From: Carpediemonas membranifera BICM
Taxonomy: Eukaryota; Protista; Fornicata
Assembly (NCBI GenBank): GCA_019828565.1
Contig: JAHDYR010000066.1
Location: forward strand, 62,001 to 126,000
Direction: 5' to 3'
DNA: 64,000 nucleotides
This document shows positions 1 through 10,710 of the stretch, one piece after another. Position 1 is the stretch's first letter. Each line of letters begins with the position of its first letter. Made by a program: the position numbers and the translations under genes. The notes under the pieces were generated by a model. That model ran no database searches and was not told the origin of the DNA. It was given only the letters and a program-made list of their open reading frames with translations.

Positions 1-1
1 G

Positions 2-280
2 CTGGCCCTCCTCACGAGGCACTGTCCCGTTTCTCTGCCCAAGGCGCTGCAAACAGCCCACTACTGGCTGCTGGAGAACGAAAAGCCGCACGGCACCCTC
101 CCCGTGGTGCCCCGTGCGATGTACGGGTTCGTCCCCTTGGGCCGCGACTCCTACCCCCGCGGGCCGATCCTCAGCACGGCCACGATCAGCAGCGTTGACG
201 ACGTCGACGGGTACAGCATGGACGACTTCGACGCGGCGCCGGTGTACACTGACAGTGAGACGAGTGATAGTGAGTACTGA
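2..280 (+). CDS. 3' end of hypothetical protein (partial, runs off window start)
   Basis: Open frame from base 2 (LALLTRHCPV...TDSETSDSEY) to TGA at 278-280, with the GC3-rich codon usage of neighbouring genes. Confidence 0.6.
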   Translation: MALLTRHCPVSLPKALQTAHYWLLENEKPHGTLPVVPRAMYGFVPLGRDSYPRGPILSTATISSVDDVDGYSMDDFDAAPVYTDSETSDSEY

Positions 281-384
281 CGGTTGGATGTCGGCCATGG
301 TGGATGGGACAGACGGTGGCCTGTGCTTGTGAATAGTGCAGCGGGTTCGCCATACGGCACTTGTCGGATGACCTGCTTAACGAT

Positions 385-1479
385 TTACGTTGCGCAGTAT
401 AAACACATTGTTCGAACCTCCAGACAGGGCCTGAAAGGAACGATCAAAGTGCCAAACTGACAAACAACATCATCCGTCCGTAGACGAATGTTGGCGGTTA
501 GCCAATTGATGATGCTGGAATGATGTTGGAAGGCGCGGGATCGATGTGCGACTGAACGGAGAGCCACTGAGCTCATCTTCCGTGGCAAGAGAACGCCACA
601 GGATGTCTCTGCAGCACTCTTGTCCCGATGATCAACATTCAGAGCATCAGGAACTGTTGCGCGCCACTGAGCACCACGGCACTGTGGATTTTCGCAGAGC
701 ATCACACGATGTGGGTGAACGTGCTGGTCATCACGCGGACGAACTCGCTTGTAGGGGGCGTGGCAGTGAGGGCAGACGACGGTGGTGCGATCCTCGTTAG
801 CCATGTTAAGATCGACAATGGTATACCCCTTGAGAAGGGGAACTATCTCTCTCGCGAACTTTCGATATGGCGCGCAAGGAATGAACATACCAGCAGGCGT
901 GGTGAATCCCGAGCTCCCGTAGAAGACTTTCAGGCGAATGGGGGTGGCGATGGGATGGTGGCGACGCCAACCGAACTCCCGAGCCAACTGTTGGCCGCAG
1001 AGGGCGAAGTGCTTCTGGCGAAGGATGTGGTTCGCAAAGCGCACTCGGCGGAAAGACTTACGCATTCCAGCCTCGAAAATGTCGTTCGCGTTGTCCAGCA
1101 CAAACCTAATAGAGTTGTTGATACTCACTAGTCTTGTGCTCTTGAACGACGCGGCCGTCATATCAAAGCCGAAACTTGGCGTCTTAGTGTATCCGCACTT
1201 TGGAAGGACGCCGGAGCTGGTGGTGCCATCGGGGTGCCTGATGTAATACCCTCCGATGGACCTCGCGCCCGGGTCGAACCCCATGAGGTGGGCATCAGGA
1301 TCCGGCGCGGGCAGAGCATCGGCATTATTGGTCCCGAGTCGGGGGCGCTCTTTCTCCCGCCCTTTCGCTCGCTTTCGAACAGGCATGCTCGCATCATGTT
1401 GTGGCCGATAGTGGCCGCCTCGCTTAACCGTCACCGCCACACAGACCCCATCGGTGCTCAGGCTGAGCAGACGGCCCAT
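385..1479 (-). pseudogene. Fanzor/TnpB-like RuvC nuclease, C-terminal part (frameshifted)
   Basis: RuvC-I GFDPG, VFYG, relocated Glu in NEDRTTVVCPHC, CENPQC zinc finger and RuvC-III HRDKSA. A missing base near 606 shifts the C-terminus; the restored frame ends at TGA 470-472. Confidence 0.85.
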
Positions 1480-2013
1480 TGACCTGGGGTTGTCCCGGTA
1501 GCGTCTTTTTTGGAGGCGTGCGGGAGTGTGGGATTAATTCCCACGATGACAGAAGTTCTCGTTCAGTAGGCCCATCGTTTCACGATCACGGGCCATGAAG
1601 CCCGGCCGGACGGGGGCCATGGGCACGATCGGCACGAGGCGAGGCTGGCGGAGCGACATCGAGTACTCCCCGTTGAAGTGGCTGATGAGGCCACTCAACT
1701 TCTCCACTCCGTCTGCAATTGCCCAGACGCAAGAGAGAATGCGTGGGGCAGCCTGGGAGACTGGGAGCCCGTCGTTCTCACCCATGTGAGCCGCCCAGAA
1801 CAGCAAGGGGAGACACGCGAGGATCACAGGGTTGACCCTGCCGAGGATGGCGTGAACGCCGGCCAACTCCTGCTGGAAGAAGACGTCCACGAAGAAGACG
1901 CTTTGTGGAAGCCCTGGAGAAGACGATCTCCCTACCGACTTAAGACGTGAGTAGGAGGGAGACAGGGCAGTGTTGCGCAGTATAAACACATTGTTCGACC
2001 CTTCAATAGCACA
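389..2013 (-). mobile_element. Fanzor-carrying non-autonomous element, family A, copy 1
   Basis: Near-identical to 35080-36706. The 5' terminus (minus strand) is TGTGCTATTG at 2013; the 3' end lacks the last 3 nt. TAC flanks both sides (386-388, 2014-2016). Terminal direct repeat at 389-415 and 1972-1998. Confidence 0.9.
1534..1969 (-). pseudogene. Upstream fragment of the same Fanzor gene (5'-deleted)
   Basis: PRLVPIVPMAPVRPGFM matches PKLIPFVPMAPVKPGFM of the family B Fanzor. Same frame as 385-1479 but separated by TAA at 1534-1536. Confidence 0.8.
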
Positions 2014-2068
2014 TACGTTACCTGCTTAACCTGCGCGGACACTACCGCCTGGCAGGCCAAACACACCA

Positions 2069-2752
2069 ATGGCTGGACAAAAGCTGACAGCGGAAGCATG
2101 GGAAGAGAAATATAACCAGCTTATTGCGTACAAGGATCAGATGGGCGAGCTCAAGCGCACCAACGCGAAACTTAAGTTCGATGCCGCATCAGGCAATGCT
2201 GATCGCCTCTACAAGGAAATGAAGAGAGATATCTCGACTTTCAGGAGCAACATGACCATGTACAGGCTAACGAGCACCCAAGTTACTGGCATGACGAAGA
2301 AGCTCGAGGACGTTCGCCGCACCATCCTCCACATTACAGGCACGACGACCAAGTCCACAGGCCCAGCTCGCCAGCGGAAGTCCACATACGAAGAGACCGA
2401 GCAGTCCCGGGGGATGGACAACGCCAGCATGCTGTCGTACCAGCAGGACGAGCTCAAGGGCCTGGACACTCACCTGGATGCGTTGCACGACACCGTTAGG
2501 ACTATCAGGATGACCAGTGAGGACATCGGGGACGAGCTAGACCGGGGCGACGACATCATCGACGAGACCCAGGGGCTGATGACGAAGCAGACCAACAAGC
2601 TCGGCAAGGCGACCAAGCGCATCAAGAAGACGCGCCGTATCACCAAGGGCGGGCTGTCCCTCATCTGCCTCAACGCCTGCGTCTTCCTGCTGCTGATCAT
2701 CATTTTCCTCAGCGCGCTGTTCATCCCTTCGGGATGGCCCGTCAACCGTTGA
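2069..2752 (+). CDS. Qc-type SNARE (syntaxin-6/8-like)
   Basis: SNARE heptad motif QQDELKGLDTHLDALHDTV...IGDELD plus a C-terminal transmembrane anchor. Confidence 0.85.
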   Translation: MAGQKLTAEAWEEKYNQLIAYKDQMGELKRTNAKLKFDAASGNADRLYKEMKRDISTFRSNMTMYRLTSTQVTGMTKKLEDVRRTILHITGTTTKSTGPARQRKSTYEETEQSRGMDNASMLSYQQDELKGLDTHLDALHDTVRTIRMTSEDIGDELDRGDDIIDETQGLMTKQTNKLGKATKRIKKTRRITKGGLSLICLNACVFLLLIIIFLSALFIPSGWPVNR

Positions 2753-3006
2753 TGCTAGATGTAAAGTTTTCCTTTACAAGGCGGCGTTCCAGTGCCTGTC
2801 GGACTATGGCGCAGTGTCAAACTCATGTCAATGACTTGGCACTCTCGAGGCACACGGATTCGTTTTACCAATCTCTCTTTAAACTTGAACCCTAACATAG
2901 CAAATCCAGAAGCAAGGGAGGACAGCGTAGCCGCATCAGCGATGGCTAGTCCTCCGCTACAACGACGATACCTTATTCTGCACATTTTCCCAATTTCCGG
3001 CTCGCG

Positions 3007-4277
3007 ATGAGTGGGGATACGAACGCTCTGCTCCAACTTTGTGCGTTATCCTTCCATTCAATTACCTAGATATCCGTCTAAGCCGAAAGCTTGACGAGGA
3101 AATCAACGGGCCCTTCCCATCGTCAGAGTATGTCGCAAACTGGATGATTGACGGCGAGACGTTGCCTCCGCTCTTTCAGGCGTACAAGAAGAGGATAGAA
3201 AATAACAACCGGAAGATCCAGGCCCTTGAGAGTGACTCCAGTGAAATCGGGAAGCGCGTAATGAAGATCGCGACGCACGTAGCGCAGCTTGACGAGGGTG
3301 AGGACGAGATGGCGAAACACCTCGAGCAGTACAAGGTCGAAGTGCTTCATACCAAGAATGTGTGGACTCAACAGCGGGCAGACCAGGAGAAGGCCAACGC
3401 CGCAGTCACGCGCGAGCTCCTCAAGAAGCGTACGGCCCTGGCGCAGGTCAACCAGGAGCTCAAACGGAAGGAGGCGAAGCACAACGTCATCGAGGCGCAG
3501 GTCACGGGTGATCATGTACAGACGCTGAAGAAGACGCGGGCGACCCTCGAGCAGGCTGCCATTGAGTCGAGCAAGGAGCGCGATGAGGTTGTTCTGAAGC
3601 TTGCATCCAGTATATCTGGCCTTCTAGAGGCCAAAAAGGTGATGGACGAGCTCAATGCCCGGCGTACCGCAGCCAACGACCAGACGACCAAGATCAGGGT
3701 GAAGCTGGCCGAGAGGGAGGCCGAGATCAAGGCGGACGAGGACAAGCGCTCCGTCAACTACAGAGCGGTGCTTGCCAGCAGACTAGAGGCCGCGCGGCAC
3801 GAACTCGACGAGCTTGCCATGCGGCAGGCCGCTGACCAGGCCGCCGTCGAGAGCGGCACGTCGAGGCTGGCCTATCTGACCAAGCGGCTCGATCAGCTGC
3901 TGACGCCCGTGGTGGTGGTGCGGTATCCGGCCCAGCCCGTGCTCGCGGCCGTCGAGCCCATGCCGGTGCAGGGTGGTGTTGTGGCGGCCACAGAGCCGGT
4001 GGCTGCGGGAGCAAAGACGGCTACTGTGACCGCGACTGAGGGCCCGACGGTCGAGACCACGACAGCTGTGTCCAGCGTGCCGACGTCGTCGACGGAGACG
4101 TCGCAGACACAGCCACCCGTCCCTGCGGCCGCCCCGGTGGCCTCGGTGCCAACCACCACCACCCAGGGCAGCGTGAGCTCCGGACCCTCGTCGGTGGGGT
4201 CGCCAGAGCCAGTGGCCGAGCCCGAACCCCAGCCGCTTCAGGCCGGTGATGACAGCGATGGGTGGGGCGGCTGGTGA
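3007..4277 (+). CDS. Coiled-coil protein with low-complexity T/P/A/S C-terminus; intron 3041-3069
   Basis: ATG at 3007; a 29-nt GT..AG intron joins it in frame to ORF 3039-4277 (MSGDTNALLQLYIRLSRK). Confidence 0.7.
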
Positions 4278-4827
4278 GGTTGGTAGCTAATGTAGTAAAC
4301 GTCCAAGTGTGCCAGTGCTGGTGAAGTAGGGGTCCACAGTGGCGGGCTGTCCGACCCATGGGTATGGATGAGAGCATGGGCCAGATTGACACTGATTAAA
4401 AGACGGGTTGACACATTCAATGGTGCGTCCTAGCATTGACCGCCTGATCGCACCGATCATCATTGGCATCGGTTTAATCGCGCCAGCTAGAGTGGAAGTT
4501 GACTGTCAACCTCAGCCAGACGCATTTGAGGAATGGATGCATCACGATATTCCGACCCGGCCACGCTGTGCAGGCTCTGTCAGTGAGGCATTGTCTGTTT
4601 ACCTGGGGGCAGTTGCTATGGAAACCCCCGCCCGACGCGACTCTTGGCACCCAACCCGCGCGACAGGTCAAACTAGGTCGATAACTCAATCAAATCGAAC
4701 AGGAACATGACCCGGTCAGCTCCCTGCTGGGTTTGAGGGCTCGATGTGCTGCTTGTCGAGCAGTATTGCCGGGCCACAAACTGCCTCGATACGGCATGCG
4801 ACCAACTATTTGCTCACCATTTACGAT

Positions 4828-7800
4828 TTAGACAAGACCGTCTTCGTCGACGCCGGCCATCATGCCTCTTCCGCGGGCCTGCTTGCGAGACATCTTAGGA
4901 GTGGTCTTCTTCTCCTTAGGGATCACGGGGAACGGCTCGGCGGGCTTACTGTCCCCGGCCAGGTGCGGCAGGAGCCCAAGGCCGAGGTCCCCGTCAGTGC
5001 GGCGAGGGGCGGGACGGTTCCAGCGCCGGGGCTGGGCGGCGGCCTTGTCGGTCTTCTCCGCGCGGGGGGGCGCCACCCCCTGCTGGGCCTGGGCCGGCTT
5101 GGCCAGGGGCTCACGGGACTTGCCCTTGCCGCGACCACGGTCCCTCCGCGTGTCCCGGCCAGAGGCGGCCGTGGTGGCGGGCTCAGTGCGCTTCGAGGGC
5201 TCGATCACCCTGGGCTTGAGGTCTCTCGAGGCGCGGCCCTTGCCCGTCCAAGGGTTCGCCTCCTCTGAAACGGACTTGGCCGGGCGGTAGGTCACCTCGG
5301 GCTTGTTGGGGCGCTGGGGCGCCTGGAAGTGCTGCCGGGGAGCTCGCTGGCCCGGGGCGGTGTTGGGGGCGGTGTGTCTGTACAGCAGCTCGAGGGACAC
5401 AACGGTACCGACCGGGGCAGAGAGGCGGCCGGCCAGCGTCACGCCGGTAAGCGGCGGGACGTCCCAGATCACACCGGCAGTGCCCTTGGTATGGTCGATA
5501 AGGACGACAGTGCCGCCGACGCCGAGGCCGACGGGGCCCGACGACCCAGCGTACATGACGCGCTGGCCGACGGCAGTGACGCGCTGGTGCTCTGGGACAG
5601 CGACAGGGGGGTGGGTGACAAAGTGGTAGCTGCCGGGCATGTCGATGACGATCGGGGCGGTGGGGCCGGACAGCTTGGGGGCGCGGTAGAGGTCGAGCTG
5701 GGGGCCGGGGATGGCCTCGACGCCCTCGCCGCCGCACACGGTGTACCTCGGGGGGAAGGGGGAGTTCGACGTGCGGAGGAAGGCGTCAACGAAGTTGAGA
5801 TACTCCCAGAGGCTGGCTGCCGTGACGACGGCGGGCTCGGGCAGGGTGTCGGCCTTCAGGTCGGCCTTGGAGTAGACCGGGTCGGTGGTCTCGGAGCCAG
5901 CCTCGGTCGCGGCGGTGGAGGGGAAGCGCTTGTTGACCAGCTGGGCGGTCCTCTCGAGGTCGAAGTCCTCTGCGGCGCCGGTGATCGACGCGAAGACCTT
6001 GAACAAGAGCGGGCACCTCGCCTTGAGCTTGGCCATCTGCTCCATGAACGTCGCGCTGACCGACACGCCCTGGCTGTCATCGACGAGGCCCGGAGCGACA
6101 CTATGGTTCGACGGATTGCGGACACCGAGGCCCACGAAGACGGGCCGGCGTTTGTTCATGAACTTGGCCTGGGTGAGCAGCCGGCCGAGGGCGCCCGGGT
6201 CGAGGGACAACTGGCGTGCGGCCTGGCCGAGACGCAGCCACCGGTCGGTCTGCACGGCGAACTCCGCAGCCCCGGGAGGGGAGGACGTAACGCGGAGCCG
6301 GCCATCGGGGGTGGGCACCCCGATGTGGCCCTTCATCTCGCCCTCAGTCACGAGCACAAAGCCGACCCGCATCTCCTCAGAGGCGGACCGGAAGGAGCGG
6401 GTGGCGGCAGGGGTGAGCTTGGCCTCTGGGATGACCATCTCGGCGGGGACGGTGACAGCGGGGCCGTACAACGCGACGGCCTGCCCACGGGCGTTAGACG
6501 AGTGCTCGACGAACATGCGGACGAGTGCGAGGGCCGCAGGAACAACTCGGACGGCGAGGGTCGACAGCAGCTGCTTCTGGAGCTTGCCTGTGGCTGCAGC
6601 GCTCACCGTGAACTGGCGGGCCTCGGGGTCGGAGGGATCAGAGTGAATGATCTTGCCCGCGGGGGTCGCGAGGGCAACGAGCTTGGCGGGCCGGATCACG
6701 GGCCAGCCTGCGTACACCTGGCCAGACTGGATAGCCTGGAGGTGGGCGCCCGTCGCAGTCTCGAGTGACGTGACAAACGAGGCGTTGTGGGAGGCGTGCT
6801 GGAATACAGCGACGTTGACCGACTCCAACGAAGTCACCACACGACTGAACGGGGCGAAGATCGAGTCGATGGAGGCGGGGGCCGGGGGGACCTGTATCGG
6901 GCGGGGTGCGACGGGCCAGGCGAGTGCCTTCGTCGGGAACCCGGGCATGACCTGGACGACGGGCGCGGGCCAGGAGGTGATGGGGTGCATGTCGAAGAAG
7001 GGGTACGACGTGGGGGCGACGTGGACGAAGACGCCCGCCACTTCCCGGCGGAACACGGTGTCCTCCACCGTGTGCCCGGCCATGTCGTTAAACTGCACAT
7101 TGACTTTGGGCGGGAGTCTGAGGTACTCCAGGGGGATGAAGTGCAGCGGCTGCTGGTGCTGGCCGCTGCGGAGGAGCTGGGTGGGGCCGACGAGATTCCT
7201 GTCCAGCTCCCTGGTGTTGATTGTACTGCCGTCGACGAGCTGGGTCACGGCATCGAGCATGAGGCTCTCGTTGAGGAAGGGGACGAGGACTACGGCCTGC
7301 CACTCGTACTTGGCGAACTCCATGTCGAGGTCGACGTGCGTGTCGTCGTAGAGCGAGTATATCGGGCTGGCCTTGTCCGAGATGACGGCGTCGAAGGCCC
7401 TAGGGAGGCAGTGCGCCGAGAGCCTCGGGAGGACAGCGAGTAGCTGCTCGAAGGGCCTGTACGGCGCCGCTAGGTTGAACTCGACGCTTGCCCCGGTCAT
7501 GTAGCCGAGCGTCTGGGACAGGTCGGACGCCATGGGGCCGTAGAAGAAGGGGTAGTACCACGCCCACGAGGGGCAGCCGTCGAAGTAGTAGCCCATGACC
7601 CAGTATATAGCCTTGACGTACTCCGTGTGGAGCGAGCGGTGGAACGAGATGGTCTCCTCCTCCTCGGCGGCGTCGGATGTCGTGACCGCGGGGTGTGTGA
7701 CGGTCGTGTCGGCGGGCAGGGCGGGCCGCATGCCCTTGAACTTCGTGCCGTAGTACCATGCCTTCAACTCGGCGCTGACCCGGGCCTGGGCCTCCATGGT

Positions 7801-9144
7801 GGCGGTCTCGTCGCCCTCGAGCTGGAGAGACTGCAGCGCCGCCTCGATGTCAGCGGGGTCGTGGGACTGGGGGATCAGGTCGAGGTCCTCAGGGGCCGTA
7901 ATGGGGTCGAAGCCCTTGCTGGCGAGGTACGATTGGACCTTGGGCCGCTTCTCGAGGTACATCGGGGACTCCAGGACGGCCGCCACGCGGGCTACGAAGG
8001 TCAGGGTGCGGGGCAGGTTGAACTTGGATGGAGAGGTGCCGTCCTTCTGGTCGAAGCCCGTGAGCTCGGTCAGATACCCGCCCAGCTCGGGCAGCGTGCG
8101 GACATACTGGTCGAGGAAGACGTCCACGGCGTGCTCGTGAATGTCGAGGCCGGGCAGGTGCGGCAGGAAGTCGTTGCCGAGGAACATCGTCAGCAGCACG
8201 AAATCGGCGGCGATAGCAGCGGGGTCCCAGCGGAAGGGGACGCCCAGGGCCCGTGCCCGCTGCTCGAGGGCCTCCTTGTGCTCCAGGGTCCAGCAGTCGA
8301 GCAGGGTCCGGACGGACAGCACCTGGTGGGGGTAGGAGTCGGGCAGTTTAAGGGGGGCCGAGTCCTTGAGGACGGCCAGCTCGTGCTCCCGCTGGGACTT
8401 GCTGAAGCGGGGCTTGTCTCTCAGGATGAAGAAATCGGGCTCGTTGAGGGCCAGGGCCAGCATGATGAGGTCGGCGTCGGCACTGTACAGCATGTGGCGT
8501 TCAGACCCCTTGTAGCCGGGGTTCTGGCGCTGGATGGAGCGGATGAAGTCCATGATCTTGTGCTCGCCCTCTCCGGGGCAGTTGTACCCCGAGTAGTAGA
8601 TGTCGACGCCAGAGTAGAGAGGGTCCGACGATACCTTGGTCGCCAGATACATCTCAAGGTGCGCGTGCAGTCTCTGCATGAACGCAGTGCCGGGAGTGAT
8701 GCAGTTGCTGTCGAAGATGTGATCCTTCATGGGATCCCCGGTGCGGGTGTAGTCGGGCATCAGGTCCGCCACCTCAGCGCCGGTGAGGATGCCCTTGTTG
8801 ATCAGCGCGTCCAGGGACTTGCGAATGTCACTCGCAGCCTTGAAGCGGCGCTGGCGTTGCTGGTTGAGCTTAGCTCTGGGGGCGCTGCCGTCCACAGCGA
8901 TGAAGAACCGCTTGCGGGGCTGTACTGTCTTGAAAAAGTGGTCTATGCTTGCAAATATAGCCGAAAATACTTCGTGTTCGGACAGAGTGCATACCAAGGC
9001 GCTGCTTGGATGGGTACAGTTGTGTATGATGCCATTGAGATCAAGATACAGGTTATCCATCAAATTAGGAGAGTATTCCTCGAAATCGCTTACAATCTCA
9101 GGGTATCTGTTGCATAGCCACCTATAGAACTTTGGGACGCCCAT
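4828..9144 (-). CDS. XRN1: 5'-3' exoribonuclease 1
   Basis: MGVPKFYRWL, DNLYLDLNGIIH, DGSAPRAK, FDSNCITPGT, PGEGEHKI, GNDFLPHLP and an SH3-like C-terminal domain; 1438 aa. Confidence 0.95.
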   Translation of the reverse strand: MGVPKFYRWLCNRYPEIVSDFEEYSPNLMDNLYLDLNGIIHNCTHPSSALVCTLSEHEVFSAIFASIDHFFKTVQPRKRFFIAVDGSAPRAKLNQQRQRRFKAASDIRKSLDALINKGILTGAEVADLMPDYTRTGDPMKDHIFDSNCITPGTAFMQRLHAHLEMYLATKVSSDPLYSGVDIYYSGYNCPGEGEHKIMDFIRSIQRQNPGYKGSERHMLYSADADLIMLALALNEPDFFILRDKPRFSKSQREHELAVLKDSAPLKLPDSYPHQVLSVRTLLDCWTLEHKEALEQRARALGVPFRWDPAAIAADFVLLTMFLGNDFLPHLPGLDIHEHAVDVFLDQYVRTLPELGGYLTELTGFDQKDGTSPSKFNLPRTLTFVARVAAVLESPMYLEKRPKVQSYLASKGFDPITAPEDLDLIPQSHDPADIEAALQSLQLEGDETATMEAQARVSAELKAWYYGTKFKGMRPALPADTTVTHPAVTTSDAAEEEETISFHRSLHTEYVKAIYWVMGYYFDGCPSWAWYYPFFYGPMASDLSQTLGYMTGASVEFNLAAPYRPFEQLLAVLPRLSAHCLPRAFDAVISDKASPIYSLYDDTHVDLDMEFAKYEWQAVVLVPFLNESLMLDAVTQLVDGSTINTRELDRNLVGPTQLLRSGQHQQPLHFIPLEYLRLPPKVNVQFNDMAGHTVEDTVFRREVAGVFVHVAPTSYPFFDMHPITSWPAPVVQVMPGFPTKALAWPVAPRPIQVPPAPASIDSIFAPFSRVVTSLESVNVAVFQHASHNASFVTSLETATGAHLQAIQSGQVYAGWPVIRPAKLVALATPAGKIIHSDPSDPEARQFTVSAAATGKLQKQLLSTLAVRVVPAALALVRMFVEHSSNARGQAVALYGPAVTVPAEMVIPEAKLTPAATRSFRSASEEMRVGFVLVTEGEMKGHIGVPTPDGRLRVTSSPPGAAEFAVQTDRWLRLGQAARQLSLDPGALGRLLTQAKFMNKRRPVFVGLGVRNPSNHSVAPGLVDDSQGVSVSATFMEQMAKLKARCPLLFKVFASITGAAEDFDLERTAQLVNKRFPSTAATEAGSETTDPVYSKADLKADTLPEPAVVTAASLWEYLNFVDAFLRTSNSPFPPRYTVCGGEGVEAIPGPQLDLYRAPKLSGPTAPIVIDMPGSYHFVTHPPVAVPEHQRVTAVGQRVMYAGSSGPVGLGVGGTVVLIDHTKGTAGVIWDVPPLTGVTLAGRLSAPVGTVVSLELLYRHTAPNTAPGQRAPRQHFQAPQRPNKPEVTYRPAKSVSEEANPWTGKGRASRDLKPRVIEPSKRTEPATTAASGRDTRRDRGRGKGKSREPLAKPAQAQQGVAPPRAEKTDKAAAQPRRWNRPAPRRTDGDLGLGLLPHLAGDSKPAEPFPVIPKEKKTTPKMSRKQARGRGMMAGVDEDGLV

Positions 9145-9322
9145 ATTGACAGCAGATGTGTCGTTTGCAAAAAGAAATCTTGTCGCGCATCTTCACTTCC
9201 AAAAGGTCAGACGCGGCCGAATGTCATGTTCCTAGGATCTACTAACCCACGCTCGCGTCCTAGAAGCAGGACACCAAAACGAGCACTTTAAGGTTAAGTA
9301 ATTGCGCAGTCTGTACAACACC

Positions 9323-10609
9323 ATGCAGGCGGCGCAAGAAGTCGATCCATTCTATTCTACGCTTGAGAGATACTACAAAGAGAAGCTTCCAATTGAGAGT
9401 TTGATGAAATTCATCAAGGGGACGCTGAACGACAGTGAGCGCCGAGAACTCGCTGTCATTCTCACTACCCGTTCAGTAGACCCTGAGAAACGCAAAGAGG
9501 TATTCTCAAGACCCCATGTGTGCCGCACTGCAGAGGATCTTCGGCTTCTCTTCACCAAAGTGTGGGGCACCCATGTCTATAACGCCCCCACTAGGCTCGA
9601 GATCGGCGCTGTGTACACAAAGACGCCCACCAAGGGCGAGCTGACGAAGCTGGAGGTGGACAACAAGGACCTCATCTTCGATATCGATCTGACTGATTAT
9701 GATCGCTTCCGGCACTGTTGCCAGGGGAAGAAGATCTGCCGCAGATGTTGGGAGTACATGAAGATCGGCGCCGACATCACGAAGAAGGCTATGGAGGAGT
9801 TCTTCGACTTTAAGCACATGCTGCTCGTGTTCTCGGGGCGGCGAGGCATCCACGTGTGGGTGTCCGACTTCGAGGCCAGACTGTTCACAGCACAGGAGCG
9901 CGGGGCAGTTGTACGCCTGCTGTCGTACGAGCGGGACGGGAACAAGCCCGCCACGACCCTGCCGATCGCCATCCGGGAGTACGCCCTCAACAAGTGTCGC
10001 GCGGCCTTCGAGGAGAACGTGTTCGAAGGCCTCGGGCTCTTGCGGAAGTTTAACGGCGGCGTAGACTCCGAGGACGGCCGTACTGATGCCCGGCTTGATT
10101 GGACTTTGCGAGAGCGGGTCCTCGAGCTCGCCGGAGCCATCGCGGGCAAGGAGAACAGCGAGAGGATCACCAAGAGCCTGCCCGAGCTCCCCAAGTGCCG
10201 GGACGACAGCAGGGAGGCGGCGTTCGAGTTGGCAGCCCGACTCGGCATGCCGATCGAGACGCACCAGGGCATGAAGGGCCGTCAGCCCGACGCGCTGCTT
10301 GACTTGAAGCAGTTCGACCGGCTCTGCCTGGCCCTGTTCTTCCCTCGTCTGGACGAACAGGTGACGCGGCACCCGATGCATCTGCTGAAGGCGCCCTTCC
10401 TCGTCCACCCAGGCACCAGCAACGTGTGCACACCCATCCCTGACCTCGAGAGCTTCAAGTTGGACGAGGCGGTGAACCTGATGGACCTCGTCACGGGTGA
10501 GACAGACGGCCGCGACTCCGACACGGTGGAGTGCGCCCAGGCCAAGTTCGACGAGGCTGTGCAGTACTTCGCGGGGTATGTCGAGGAGCTCGCCCGGGCG
10601 GCAGTGTAA
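9323..10609 (+). CDS. PRIM1: DNA primase small (catalytic) subunit
   Basis: FDIDLTDY, CCQGKKICRRCW, FSGRRGIHVWV, PRLDEQVT..HLLKAPFLVHPGT. Confidence 0.95.
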   Translation: MQAAQEVDPFYSTLERYYKEKLPIESLMKFIKGTLNDSERRELAVILTTRSVDPEKRKEVFSRPHVCRTAEDLRLLFTKVWGTHVYNAPTRLEIGAVYTKTPTKGELTKLEVDNKDLIFDIDLTDYDRFRHCCQGKKICRRCWEYMKIGADITKKAMEEFFDFKHMLLVFSGRRGIHVWVSDFEARLFTAQERGAVVRLLSYERDGNKPATTLPIAIREYALNKCRAAFEENVFEGLGLLRKFNGGVDSEDGRTDARLDWTLRERVLELAGAIAGKENSERITKSLPELPKCRDDSREAAFELAARLGMPIETHQGMKGRQPDALLDLKQFDRLCLALFFPRLDEQVTRHPMHLLKAPFLVHPGTSNVCTPIPDLESFKLDEAVNLMDLVTGETDGRDSDTVECAQAKFDEAVQYFAGYVEELARAAV

Positions 10610-10710
10610 ATACGGGGGCGGGCTTGGCAGGAGTGAATATCGAATATACGACGGCATATCGTGTCGAAATATTCGAAAGCAACCAACCGACACACTGGCA
10701 TTGAAAAGAG

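Noticed and set aside
389-2013. CRISPR array interpretation of the ~29-bp repeats
   Set aside because: Only two copies per locus, 1.6 kb apart, with no spacer periodicity; they are element ends
5329-9117. Long antisense ORFs (5329-6768, 7627-9117; also 12408-13766, 14612-16450, 57662-59395)
   Set aside because: Shadow frames of well-identified genes, caused by strong GC3 bias
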